NCBI GenBank assembly: GCA_965285935.1
Contig: OZ260666.1
Location: 61,690,001-61,754,000, forward strand
Direction: 5' to 3'
DNA: 64,000 nt
Source: Ophelia neglecta
Lineage: Eukaryota
The notes under the pieces were generated by a model. It searched no databases. It was not told the DNA's origin and saw only the letters and a program-made list of their open reading frames with translations. Of this stretch, positions 43,301 through 55,300 are shown one piece after another (the first letter of the stretch is position 1; every line of letters begins with the position of its first letter). The position numbers and the translations under genes were made by a program.

Positions 43301-46300
43301 CCCCCCCCATTCCTCCCTCCTACTTACAAATGTAAATAACAGCTGTCAGCTGAACCAGTGCAGACATCCCACTATCCCCGTCACTTGAACTCACCCTTCC
43401 CCAGGTTAACTTCGATAATGAAATACAAAATAGTTTTTAGTACTTGTACACACCTCCAACTACCCTATTATGCCCCTTACCCACAACTAGCTCTCCCCTC
43501 ATATCAATCCCATCATCCCCCCCCCCCCCCCCCAATGCCTTCGGTTCCCTCTAGCCACTCCTATCATGGCTGAGCAGTGTCTAGACCTGAGTGGGAATTA
43601 CAAGGTTAGCCAGAGTCATCACAGCCGAGAGGAAGGTTAATTTGCTGATCTGGAGAATATTATTAAGTGAACTTGTGCTTTTTGGGTTGACAGTATGATA
43701 AAGGCATGGCAAGGAAAACCATAAGTGATCTTAGCCTTTGTGCTCCCAGTATTCTACTTAACTCTTACTTCTATAAATATTAACTAGGTGACATTGCCTT
43801 GGGAGATATCAATTCTCAAGAGTCAGGTAGTTGTTGCTTATATAAGGCATTCATCCTTGTCAGTCGCGGACACACTGTTATGTTAGCTTCTGCACCAGTA
43901 TGTTTATGAGCTTCAGTGTCCAACGCAATGAGTGTATGTGGCAGTCTTGAGAAATTCTTCAGAAGCCATGATTAAGGGCATGAGTATAAATTAAAAATGT
44001 GAAATGGGTTAGACTTTTATGACTACTCAAACAAATATAATTGCAAGAATATATAAAATATTGATGCCAGAGAATCCTAGGTATTGATAATGCTGCGGGT
44101 TGTGAGCATTCTTCTCACCTTCTTATATTTTACAGAGCCTCCAGAAGAGCCTAAAGATGTGGTCATTGCTGACTTTGACAAGGGCTCTGTCACACTCAAG
44201 TGGAAACATCCCACAGATGATGGAGGCTCTCCAATCACAGGTGGGTTCAAAGTTCATCAAGAATTGGTTCTCTTAATAATGATTTGTGATAAATATTTGA
44301 GAAGCCTAGGTTTTATGTATGTCATATCTTGACTTTGCTTGACCTTACCAGGATACCAACTGGAAAAGAAGCCTGCCAGAGGAGGCTCCTGGCAAAAGGC
44401 TAGCCCAAAACTGATAGATCCCAGCAAATCAACTGGAAAGATTGAGGGTCTGACAGAGGGAGACAACTTGGAGTTCCGTGTGGTGCCTGTTAATGATGTA
44501 GGACCCGGTAAACCTAGCAAGTCCACAGGGCCACACAAAGTCAGGGACCCAGTCCGTGAGTAGTTTGTACCCCTTCACAGTCAAATAACTTGGAATATAC
44601 TACTAAACATCCGTCTGGCATATTAATGGAACACAATATGGTATGTTTTAGATTCAGCTGGATCTCCTGGTCAACCTAAGTTGGATGAGATCACCCCAAA
44701 CCACATCAAGCTGTCCTGGGACAAACCCATTGAAGATGGAGGAGCACCAATTGAGGGTTACATTGTAGAGAAAAAGACCAAAGACGGAGACTGGGAGGAC
44801 GTTCCCGGAATGGTGAAGGGTAATGATGTCAGTGTACCTGTCAAGGAAGGGGAGGAGTACCAGTTCAGGGTGAAGGCTGTCAACTCTGCAGGGGAAGGAA
44901 ACCCCAGCAGACCTACAGCCCCTGTCAAGGCTGAGAAACAGCCAGAGAAACCCTCCATGGACCTATCAGGTATCAAGGACATCAAAGTCAGAGCCGGACA
45001 GGATATCAAAATAGCAATCCCAATAAAGGGCTATCCAACACCAAAGGCCGCTTGGAAACATGATGACGATGATGTCAAGGACTCTCCGAGAACTTCCACT
45101 GAGGTCTGTTCACCACTTCTTTCTTAACTAAATACTTGCAATGTGTTCACACTTAAAGTGCAAACTAAGCTATATTTTATCCTGCAGGTGAAGCCAGACA
45201 AAGTGTTGCTGACCACGACTAAGGCAAAGAGGGGCGACACTGGAAAGTATAAAGTGCGCCTTACCAATGATTCTGGCACAATTGAGGGTGAAGTCAATGT
45301 TATTGTACTGGACAAACCTGGGTCCCCAGGAGGTCCTTTGGAACCAGTGAAAGTTAGTCCAAATGCTATCACGGTTGCTTGGAAACCCCCCAAGGATGAT
45401 GGTGGTGCCAAGATTGACAAATATGTCTTGGAGAAGAAGCCTAAAGGGGCCAAGAGATGGCAAAAAGTGCCAGGGCACATTGGTCCAAATGACACAGAAG
45501 CAACGGCTGGTAATCTGGATGAAGGTGAAGACTACGACTTCCGTGTGATGGCTGTGAACGAGCATGGAGAGAGTGAGCCTCTGGAGACAGAAAATAGCAT
45601 CAGGGCTAAACATCCATTTGGTGAGTAAATACCCCACAGAGGAGTAAACAGTTTTAAGACTTTCTTTGTAGTGCTTGAAGGAAAAGAAGAAATGATGAGC
45701 CACCTTTGTTAATCACTTATAAGGGAGATTTTGCCAGATTTTCCTCTCTTGTGATTAGTTAGCATGATTTTAGGTATTTCAATAGATGAATAACCCCAAT
45801 CTCTCCCTAGAATGTAGCAAATGTATTGTACACTCATAAGAGGCCATGTAAAGAGAGGGCTGACCATAACATTGTACCATAATAGTAGTAAGAATACTAA
45901 TCATCAAAACTATAATCTCCAAAGTAGATCCTCTCTATCTATATTTCTTGTTTCTTTGCTGACTGGTCATGCTATGTCTGTATGAGACATTATGATACCT
46001 GGGACTGAGGTGGACTTGTTGATACACCTTCACTTCTCATGCCCAAGGTCCACTGGCCAATCCTCAGCGTGGTACTTAAGGTCGTTTTAAGACTTGCACC
46101 ACAGGTTGGTAACACACGCCCCTTGAAGAAAAGAGTGTATGTGTAGTATGTAGTATGCAGGGAGAGTCAAACCCTGACATGCTAAAAACCTCAAAGGGGC
46201 AACCCCAACGCCCTGGCTCCCAGATTTAACAAGATGTGTTGACTATGCCACAGTCCCAGCTCCAACAAGTGTGATGAAATAAAATTAATATTTCTTGGGG

Positions 46301-49300
46301 TATTGTGGTAGTATTATAGACATGATTTTTGAGAATGGATGGACAGCAGGGCATACTAATTGCATCATGATGGCCATCTTTTTGGTTGAAAAATTATCTC
46401 CGCCACGAAAAAATATTGACCAACACACTGTGGTTGGCCGTCTTGTTTTTGCAACTGAAAATTTGGATGGCATGATTTGACCTTCAAGCAGAAGTCAATG
46501 TCAAGTTGGTAGCCATAAAAAGGTTCCCTGTACATGACTTGCTATTAGTTTTGTACCCATCAAAAACCTCTCTGTATATCACATCATATAAGTGGTCAAC
46601 ACATTTTATATGCCTATCTTGCACCATTAAGCCAGATGAGCTGGACGGACCGACAGAGAAATGAGCAAAAAAGTATCATGACTGAATGCATTACCATCCT
46701 TGATGTTGGCACTCTTAGGGGCAAGTCAAGTTAGATAACCATATCTGAAATTGTTTTTGTTAAATCCACCAGACAAGTGGGACAGAAGGACGGACCAACC
46801 CTAAACTACAATGTAATAGCCCCCATTCATCTCTATGAGTGGCAGGGGACTAAAAAGTGCTCAGCCTAATAAGCAACACCACTGAGGTCCACCTTGATGC
46901 ATGCAACATATAAGGGTACTCTTATATTGGATTTAAAATAATGTCCATATTGCAAATGATATGGTATCTCTAATAATGCAATACACTGATAGTTAAATTT
47001 GCTTTTTTGTCAGATAAATGATTAACTCCTTTTATGTAGATCCTCCTGGAAAACCAGGAGAACCAGAGTGTGAGGGAACTACGCCAGACTCCATCACCTT
47101 GAAATGGGACAAACCCAGAAAAGATGGCGGAAAGCCCGTCAAGGGATACATTGTAGAAAAGAGGGAGAAAGGCACCCGTAGGTGGACCAAGTAAGGCTGA
47201 CAGGTTTTAACTGTCCACAGTTTGCTTAAGGAAGTCAGCATTCTAGCTTTGTACGCAGTGATACTTTATGTGAAGTTGAATAAGTTGCCTCAACTACTTG
47301 TAAAAAGTAAATAAGTTTAGTATTCTGACCTATATAGTTTTATTTGATTAGAGCTGTACCTGGAGAAGTACCTGATGAGGAGTGTACTGTGAAGGGGCTG
47401 ATAGAGGGCAGGCCGTATGAGTTCCGTGTGGCTGCTGTCAATGATGCCGGGCCGGGTGAATGGGCCGAGGGAGAAAAGGCTTTCACACCTGCTGCTCCAG
47501 CAAGTCAGTAAACAAAATTATTTAATTATTTTCTTCTTCAGTAATTTACATTTAAACAAGAAGAATTAACTGCAATAAACATAAACATTAACAACCGTTT
47601 CTTTCTTTTTTAGGTGCCCCAAAAGCTGTGATGGACCCATTTGGACAAGACATCAAGGTCAATGCCGGAGAGCCATTTAGAGTCAAAATTCCCTTCAAAG
47701 GCAGTCCACTACCAGAGTCCACATGGTTAAATGTGAGCAGATTAGACGAGTCTTTATCATTTTTTTAAGCCTTGAATGAAACACCTGAGGTCTATCAAAT
47801 GAACCGGAGTTATTTAATTTTCTCTCTTACAGGAGGGCAAAGAAATTTTCCCAGATAGCCGCATCAGCTTTGAAACCAACCCCGGTGTACCGCTTGGAGA
47901 AGTTGTAATGATCTGTAAATCTGCCAAAAAAGATGACCAGGGCAGGTATAGCATCACACTGAAAAATCCCAAAGGCTCTGACACTGTCAGTGTCAATGTC
48001 ACAGTACTAGGTAAGACCAAAGGGGTTTGCTCTTTCTGAACAATCATTTAAACCAACAATAAGATAGGAACATTCCACAATATCCAATTTTCATTTTTAT
48101 TGGTGTGGATATTTTTTATTTTAGATTGGTACATACTTTTCCCTTTGCAGACAAGCCAGGAGCCCCCGAGGGACCTCTTACGGCGTCGGATGTCACCCCC
48201 GAGAGCCTGACACTGTCCTGGAAGCCTCCTGCAGACACTGGCGGCTCTCCCATCAGCCACTATACAGTAGAGAAGAAGGACAGGTCTGGCAACTGGACTC
48301 CAGTCAGCAAGTTCTGTCGCCAACCCAAGTACGAGGTTGGTGGCCTAGATGATGGTGAAAAATATGATTTCCGAGTGTGTGCAGTCAACGAGCAGGGAAA
48401 GAGTGAACCTCTCACAACTACCAAACCTATCACAGCCAAATATGACTTTGGTAGGTGTAACTAATAATTACTATTTACATAATTGTTGTCACTCAACATA
48501 GGCTTCCTGGCACAATTTTTTCCCTGTGTAATCCCTCCTTTACATTGTCCACCACAGACACCCCTGATGCACCTGGTCAGCCTTCCATTGATGATGTAGA
48601 CGAGGACTCTGTGACATTGTCCTGGACCAAGCCTCGCAGTGACGGAGGGGACAAGATCAAGGGGTATGTGGTAGAAGTCAAGGAGAAGGGTGGAAAGTGG
48701 AAACCCATCAATGACAGATTCCCATGCAAGGACACAAAAATGACTGGTATGGTATCATTGGGGTACTTTCAGTGTTAGCTAGTGTGTTGCAGATAATAAA
48801 TTATTGAATGACACTTTAATTATATAGATAAGCAGCAGTAAAGTATTCTCATATATATCTAAAATTCAAAGAGATGTTTTCCCCTTCAGTTGGTGACCTC
48901 GACAGGGGCACAGAATATCAGTTCAGAGTTCGTGCCAAGAACCGTGCTGGCAATGGAGAACCCAGTGATTCTTCAGATGCTGTCACTCCCAAGCCAAAAG
49001 CCAGTAAGTCATTATATGACCAAAGCACAATTGATATCTTTTCCTCCTACATTAATTACATCTTTGTTATTTTATGGATACAATTCATATATCTACTTGT
49101 TTCCCAATACAGAGAAAGCAGGCATGCCTGGTGTACCAAATGTGGACCGTGTAGACAGGAACAGTGTAGACCTGAGCTGGACTAAGCCCAGGAACGATGG
49201 TGGTAGTCCAATCAAGGGTTATCAGGTCCAGAAGAGGAAGCCAGGAGGAGACTGGGAGAAGGTCAATGAGCGCCCCGTATTGGGAGAAAACTTTACTGTT

Positions 49301-52300
49301 CCCGACCTAGATACAGGAGACGAATATGAATTCCGCGTGGCCGCCATCACTGATGCCGGAGTTGGAGATCCTAGCTTCGCCACCGCTCCTGTCAGGGTGG
49401 AGGACAAGAAAGGTTACAACTTCTACAACCAGAAACTATAATATTTAGTTAAAAAACAACTTAAGACCAGGTTAAATTAGGCCTACTACATATAGTATTC
49501 ATGTGTGTAATGATGTGACTGTATTTCAGCTCTCAAGAAGCCTGAATTCCTCAAAAAGCCAGAAAACACTTCAGTCCCAGTAGGAGGTGATGCTGTGTTT
49601 GAGATTGAGGCATTTGGCTTTCCCACCCCTACTGTTAACTGGTACGAACTCATCTTATTAATGTAAAATGATATCTTTAAATATGAAAAAGTAGAACAAA
49701 TGGCTTTGGCCTGTTGAATGTGTTAAATTATGTCATATAAATAAGGGATATGATATATTGTGATTTGCATTTGCAGGTACAAGGATGGTATTCCCATTTC
49801 CCCTGGTGCCAAATACAGAGTGAAAGTGGATGGGGACAAGGTACAGTTGACTGTGAAGGATGTCAGTCCAGGAGATGCTGGTGATGTCACATGTGAACTT
49901 GTCAATCCAAAAGGAAAAGAGACAGCTACAGCTAAAATGGGAGTCATAAGTGAGCCTCATTAAATACACCAGTCCATCTGAATCTATGTCATCCCTTAAT
50001 GAATTATGCCATTACCTCGATATAGAAAAAATGTTTATAACATGAACGTTCCTCTCTTTCAGAGCCACCATCATTTGATGGTATCGTTGGTGATCAGAGT
50101 GTAGACAAGGGAGATACACTGAAACTGAAGATCCCCATTAGTGGAGATGGACCATTCAACTTCAAGGTGAAGAAAGACAACAAAGAGATCCCCTTAGAGG
50201 GAGGCAGGATCAAATTCATGCCGTTTGATGACTACATTGTGTTCCAGATTCCAAGTAAGTCACACTGATTATGATTATTTTATGAATAATTTATAATGAC
50301 ACTAATCCCACTGGAAACATTCATTAGACAATAGCAACCCGTCTGGTGACTTTCACTTGACAACACCAACCCCTCTGGTGGCATTCATTAGATAACACCA
50401 ACCTCTCTGGTGACATTCATTAGATAACACCAACCTCTCTGGTGACATTCATTAGATAACACCAACCTCTCTGGTGACATTCACTAGATAACACCAATCC
50501 ATCTGGTGACATTCACTACATAACACCAACCTTTCAGGTGACATTCAGTAGATAACACCAACCCATCTGGTGACATTCACTTCATAACACCAACCTTTCT
50601 GGTGACATTCATTAGATAACACCTACCTCTCATTACCTAGACAACAGCGACCCCTCTACTAGCATTCATTAGACAACATCAACCCCTTATTGACATTCAT
50701 AAGACAAACCCCTGTGGTGACCATCATTAGCCAACACCAACCCCTCAGTCGACACTCACTAGATAACACCAACCCCTCTGGTGGCATTCACTAGACAACC
50801 CCAACCCCTCTGGTGGCATTCACTAGACAACCCCAACCCCTCTGGTGGCATTCACTAGACAACACCAACCCCTCAGGTGACATTCATCAGTCATCACCAA
50901 CCCCTTTGGTGACATTCATTATACAATACCAACACCCCAGTTGCCATTCACTAGTCATGTCCAATGTATCTGGTGATATTAATTAGGCATTTCGTGACAT
51001 TCATTAGACAAAACTAACCCCTGACATTTTGACATTCTATCTGGAAAGTACCATCGCAATCTTGTCCTCAATGATGTTACAATAGTTTTCCCTTTATCAT
51101 TGAAATAAAACCCCATACTCAACAACTATCTTCCGCTGTAAGACAGTCCTCTCAATCATTACACCCTTTCAGATGCTGATCCCGCTGACTCCGGTAAATA
51201 TAAAATTGAAGTGTCCAATGACAGTGGCACAACAGGCTGTGACTTTGGAGTTTCCGTCAAATGTAAGTTACAATATATGTAACCACTAGCTTCATGTAAA
51301 CATTGCAATTCATTAGTCATGTAGCATAGAATAAAAGAATAAAGATCTGATGGTTTGAAATCAAGTCCTATATGAGATGAGTCCAGATTGGTCTGATCTC
51401 TTGCAGCGCCCCCTGGTAAGTGCAGAGGACCTCTAGATGTGTCTGACATCTTCAAGAACTCCTGTAAACTGCGCTGGAAGCCACCAGAGGATGACGGTGG
51501 TTCCAGAGTCCAGAGCTACGTGGTAGAGAGAAGGGAGAAGGGCAAGCCCTGGTGGACCACTGTGTCATCCTTCTGTAAGGTAAACACAGTAATCTTCTAT
51601 TGCGAGGATAAAACTTCCATCATTGGTTGATAAGATGCCTTTTACAGACTAATACAGGTAATCAACATCAGTTGAGCTTAGCCTGATCCAACACATAGTT
51701 CAGTATTTGTGAATCATTGGCTGTCTAACAAGCAGTAAACTTGTTTTAATGTTGTGATGATTCAGGACCCAGAGTGTGATGTACAAGGCCTGTATGAGAA
51801 CAAGGAGTATGAGTTCAGAGTGGCCGCCACCAATGCTAACGGCACTGGCGACTGGCTAGAGATGGATAACTCTATTGTGGCAAAAATGCCATTTGGTAAG
51901 TTCTGTGAAAATGTGTATTTCAAAGGAAATTATAAAATAAAGTGCAAAGCAGTCAAAACTCCTCAGCCATATATTGTTAATGCATTTGATGCACCTGACC
52001 TTGAGACTGAGTTTAAAGTCAAATAAATGATAAAAGTAGATTCCCTGCATATTTGACTTATCTCACTGTCATTGTTCAGCCACAAGGAGGCATTGAACAT
52101 TTGGTGTTCTCTACATGACTTATGATAAAAGAGGTTATTATTTTCACATTTTCGTGCATCTGTCATTTTATCACTAGTAAATATTTTTGATGTACACTGT
52201 GAAAACAGCATTGAGGTATCATGACACACAATCAAAGTTAATAGGATGACCTCGTTAATAGGTCAAACTCCAAAAGTCCTGTAAAGGCAGTTAAAGTGTA

Positions 52301-55300
52301 GTCAGCATAATCTTTTCTGTGATAATGAATCTTTTCTCATGTTTTTGAGATTTCACCTTTTCCATTGTTGACCTTTGAGAAGTTGCTAAAAAAGTCAATG
52401 TCAGCCATTTCAGAACTCATTCAAGCCCCAGTCACTGATAAGTATGGGAAATGCTAGTTAGGATAGACTGACTATGTTTTATATCAAAATATTTTGCACT
52501 GACAAGCAAATCATATTGATACTTCTTTGAATCAAAAAACAGTCAAGTTGATGTCCTACTTTTATCATAACAACATGTTTGAGGGCTTCCTAGTGTTCAA
52601 ATAAATTGTTGAGGAAAACTCTTCTGAAGCTGAGATCATACCCAGAATCCCATAGTTGATATATACAACTTTGGGTTAAAGATGGTATTGAAGACACAGT
52701 TTGAATAGCGATATGCCCAGTGAGTAAATTTTTTCTATTTTTTATAGACCCGCCTGGTCCCCCTGGGGAGCCCAACGTGGAGAGTGTGGGTGGAGACTTT
52801 GTCAGTCTTACCTGGGACAAGCCTACCAGTGATGGCGGTGGTGGTATCAGAGGCTACTACATTGAGAAAAAAGATAAGAACTCTGACAACTGGTCCAGAG
52901 TTAACCACAAACCCACTGTGGCCACCATATTCAATGTACCTCACCTCATAGAAGACCGGGAATATGAGTTCCGCGTTTTCGCAATGAATGAGGCTGGGGA
53001 GAGTAAGCCTTCAATGGGAACCAGGCCTATCAAGGTGAAGGACCCTGCCGCTGCCACAGTACCAGAGTTCATGAAGGGACTACGTCCTGTCACGGCTATA
53101 CAGGGCAGGTCTGCCAAGTTTGAGGTGCAGGTGCATGCCCAACCATCCCCCAGAATAACATGGTAGGTCCATTTCATAACAATAACAACTGAGTGTTCAA
53201 CTTCTTGAGCATAGATTTATTTTGCCCCTTTAGTTATATAGTGCCTTGACTGTGGTGTCCTGTTTAACTGTGGTGCCAGAGGAGTACACATAATTGTTGG
53301 ATAAGTCTATTGTAGATGTCAATGTTACCATAATAAAGTGAGGGATTTAACAAGGAACCTAGTATCCTCTCAGTTTTTCATGGTGAAGTTGACATGTACA
53401 CTAGTCTTTATCCACCAGAGTCTGGCAGTATATAAAAACCCGGAGTGGACACCGGCTTTTATTTCATGGGTTAAGAACTTGGTCATTTTTCCACCTGACT
53501 GGCCAAGAGCCACTAGCCTTTATAAGATATGGATGTATGGTATCTTTATTTCTTTGGCCTCTGATTTGGAGGTCAAACTGAGTAACACACGCAAATTTAA
53601 ATAGAGATTCCTGACAGGCTAGGGGTTAAGCAAGAGATGTATGAATCTGAGTGTGTGTTTAGGTTTAAGGGAACCAGAGAGCTGGTAGACAGTGACAAGT
53701 TTGAGATGTCCCAGGATGGAGAGTATTACTATCTCACTGTCAGTGATGTGTTTGGCGAGGACGCTGATGAGTATGTGTGTAAAGCCACCACCAGTGCTGG
53801 ATCAAGGTCATCACGGGCAGAACTTACCATCAAAAGTAAGTACTCAGTGGTTAACTACATGTATATCTAGCTCAAACCAATCTTAACATTTCTGAATCAT
53901 GGTTGACTTAACTGTTATAGTCAGGTGAGGAGAACGACAAAATTATGAGAGACAGTAAATTGATTCTAAATTTGTCCTTGGAAAGAAGCTGTTTGTGATT
54001 AGTGGTGACAAGTGAGACTGCCTTTTTACCAGATTGTTCCTCCTCTTTCAGCACCCCCCAAGATCAATGTTCCTCAGCGTTTCCAGGACACCGCCGTCTT
54101 TGACAAGGGTGAGGATGTTGTGTTCAAAATTCCCTTCAAGGGGAACCCCCGCCCCACAGTGAAGTGGATCCGTGATGGGGAGGAACTCAAGAATGACAAG
54201 AAGTACAGGATGGAGGAGGGAGAGCGCCATGCCTTCCTTTATATCAAAAATGCAGACAAGGCTGATGACGGACCGTACCGACTACAATTGGAGAATGACC
54301 TGGGAGAGGATCATGCCATACTCAAAATACAGGTCAATGGTAAGATACAAAATATTCCCACACTTTACTTTGATCATAGACCTGAGTTGTGTTCATACAG
54401 CATTAAACAATCAGACAAACTTAATTCAAACATTTGCAAGCAGTGTCAAGAGCTTGACATTTTGCTTTAAATTCAAGCACTTAAGGGCTTCCAAGCTCTG
54501 TAACAAACCCTCTATTAAATGGAAGTCTTTTTTTATTGGATCCCCCTTGTTCCTAACCCCATCTGATCTAAATCTAAGACACAAATAGCCTCAGAAAAGA
54601 CATTGTACGCGTGTATATATTACTACAGAAGTTTACAACCCTGTTTATCATTATTAATGTTTTTTATCACTGAGTATTGATTGTTTGTAGATGTTCCTGG
54701 TGAACCCAAGTACCTGACAGTAGAGAACATCTACCATAACTCTTGTATGCTGACATGGAAGCCACCCACCAATGACGGCGGTGGCTTTATCACTCAGTAC
54801 CACATAGAGAGACTGGAGCCAGGAATGACCAACTGGGTGAAATGTGGCACCTCCAGGTCAGTCCCCTTCTTACCAGATATCCTCAGCTTCAATTGATCCT
54901 CTCTATCAGCTTGTTAAGTAGTTAATTAATATAATACACACCTCCATAGTATGATTCATGGGGAACACAATTTTTCAATTTGCATTATTACATTTGACAT
55001 TAGCTCTTCTATTCTTGTGGGTTAGGGGAAGCCAATGGCACAATGCTGAAGACATGTCCTATTAGTGAACATGAACTTGTTTTATAGTTTGGAATCTCTT
55101 ATGGATATTTGAGCACATTGAATGTAGGGAGGGAACCAACACGAGACTGAAAGTCTGGCATTGCTCTTGTCTTCTATGTTCCTATGTGTGTGTGGGGGGG
55201 GGGGGGGGGGAGGGGCATGAACATTTTCATTACCTTCATCTTCTCATTTCTCATTCAAGCATAATCATTATATTACACACACAGAAAAAAATCCATGGTC

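Noticed and set aside
37308-45620. Triplication as a haplotype or assembly duplication
   Set aside because: Near-identity is confined to tracts under 1 kb; the remaining exons, intron sequences and intron positions differ substantially.
30912-54230. Many long antisense ORFs (e.g. 32097-32696, 38653-39132, 45170-45703)
   Set aside because: Shadows of twitchin exons on the opposite strand, with no independent protein signature.
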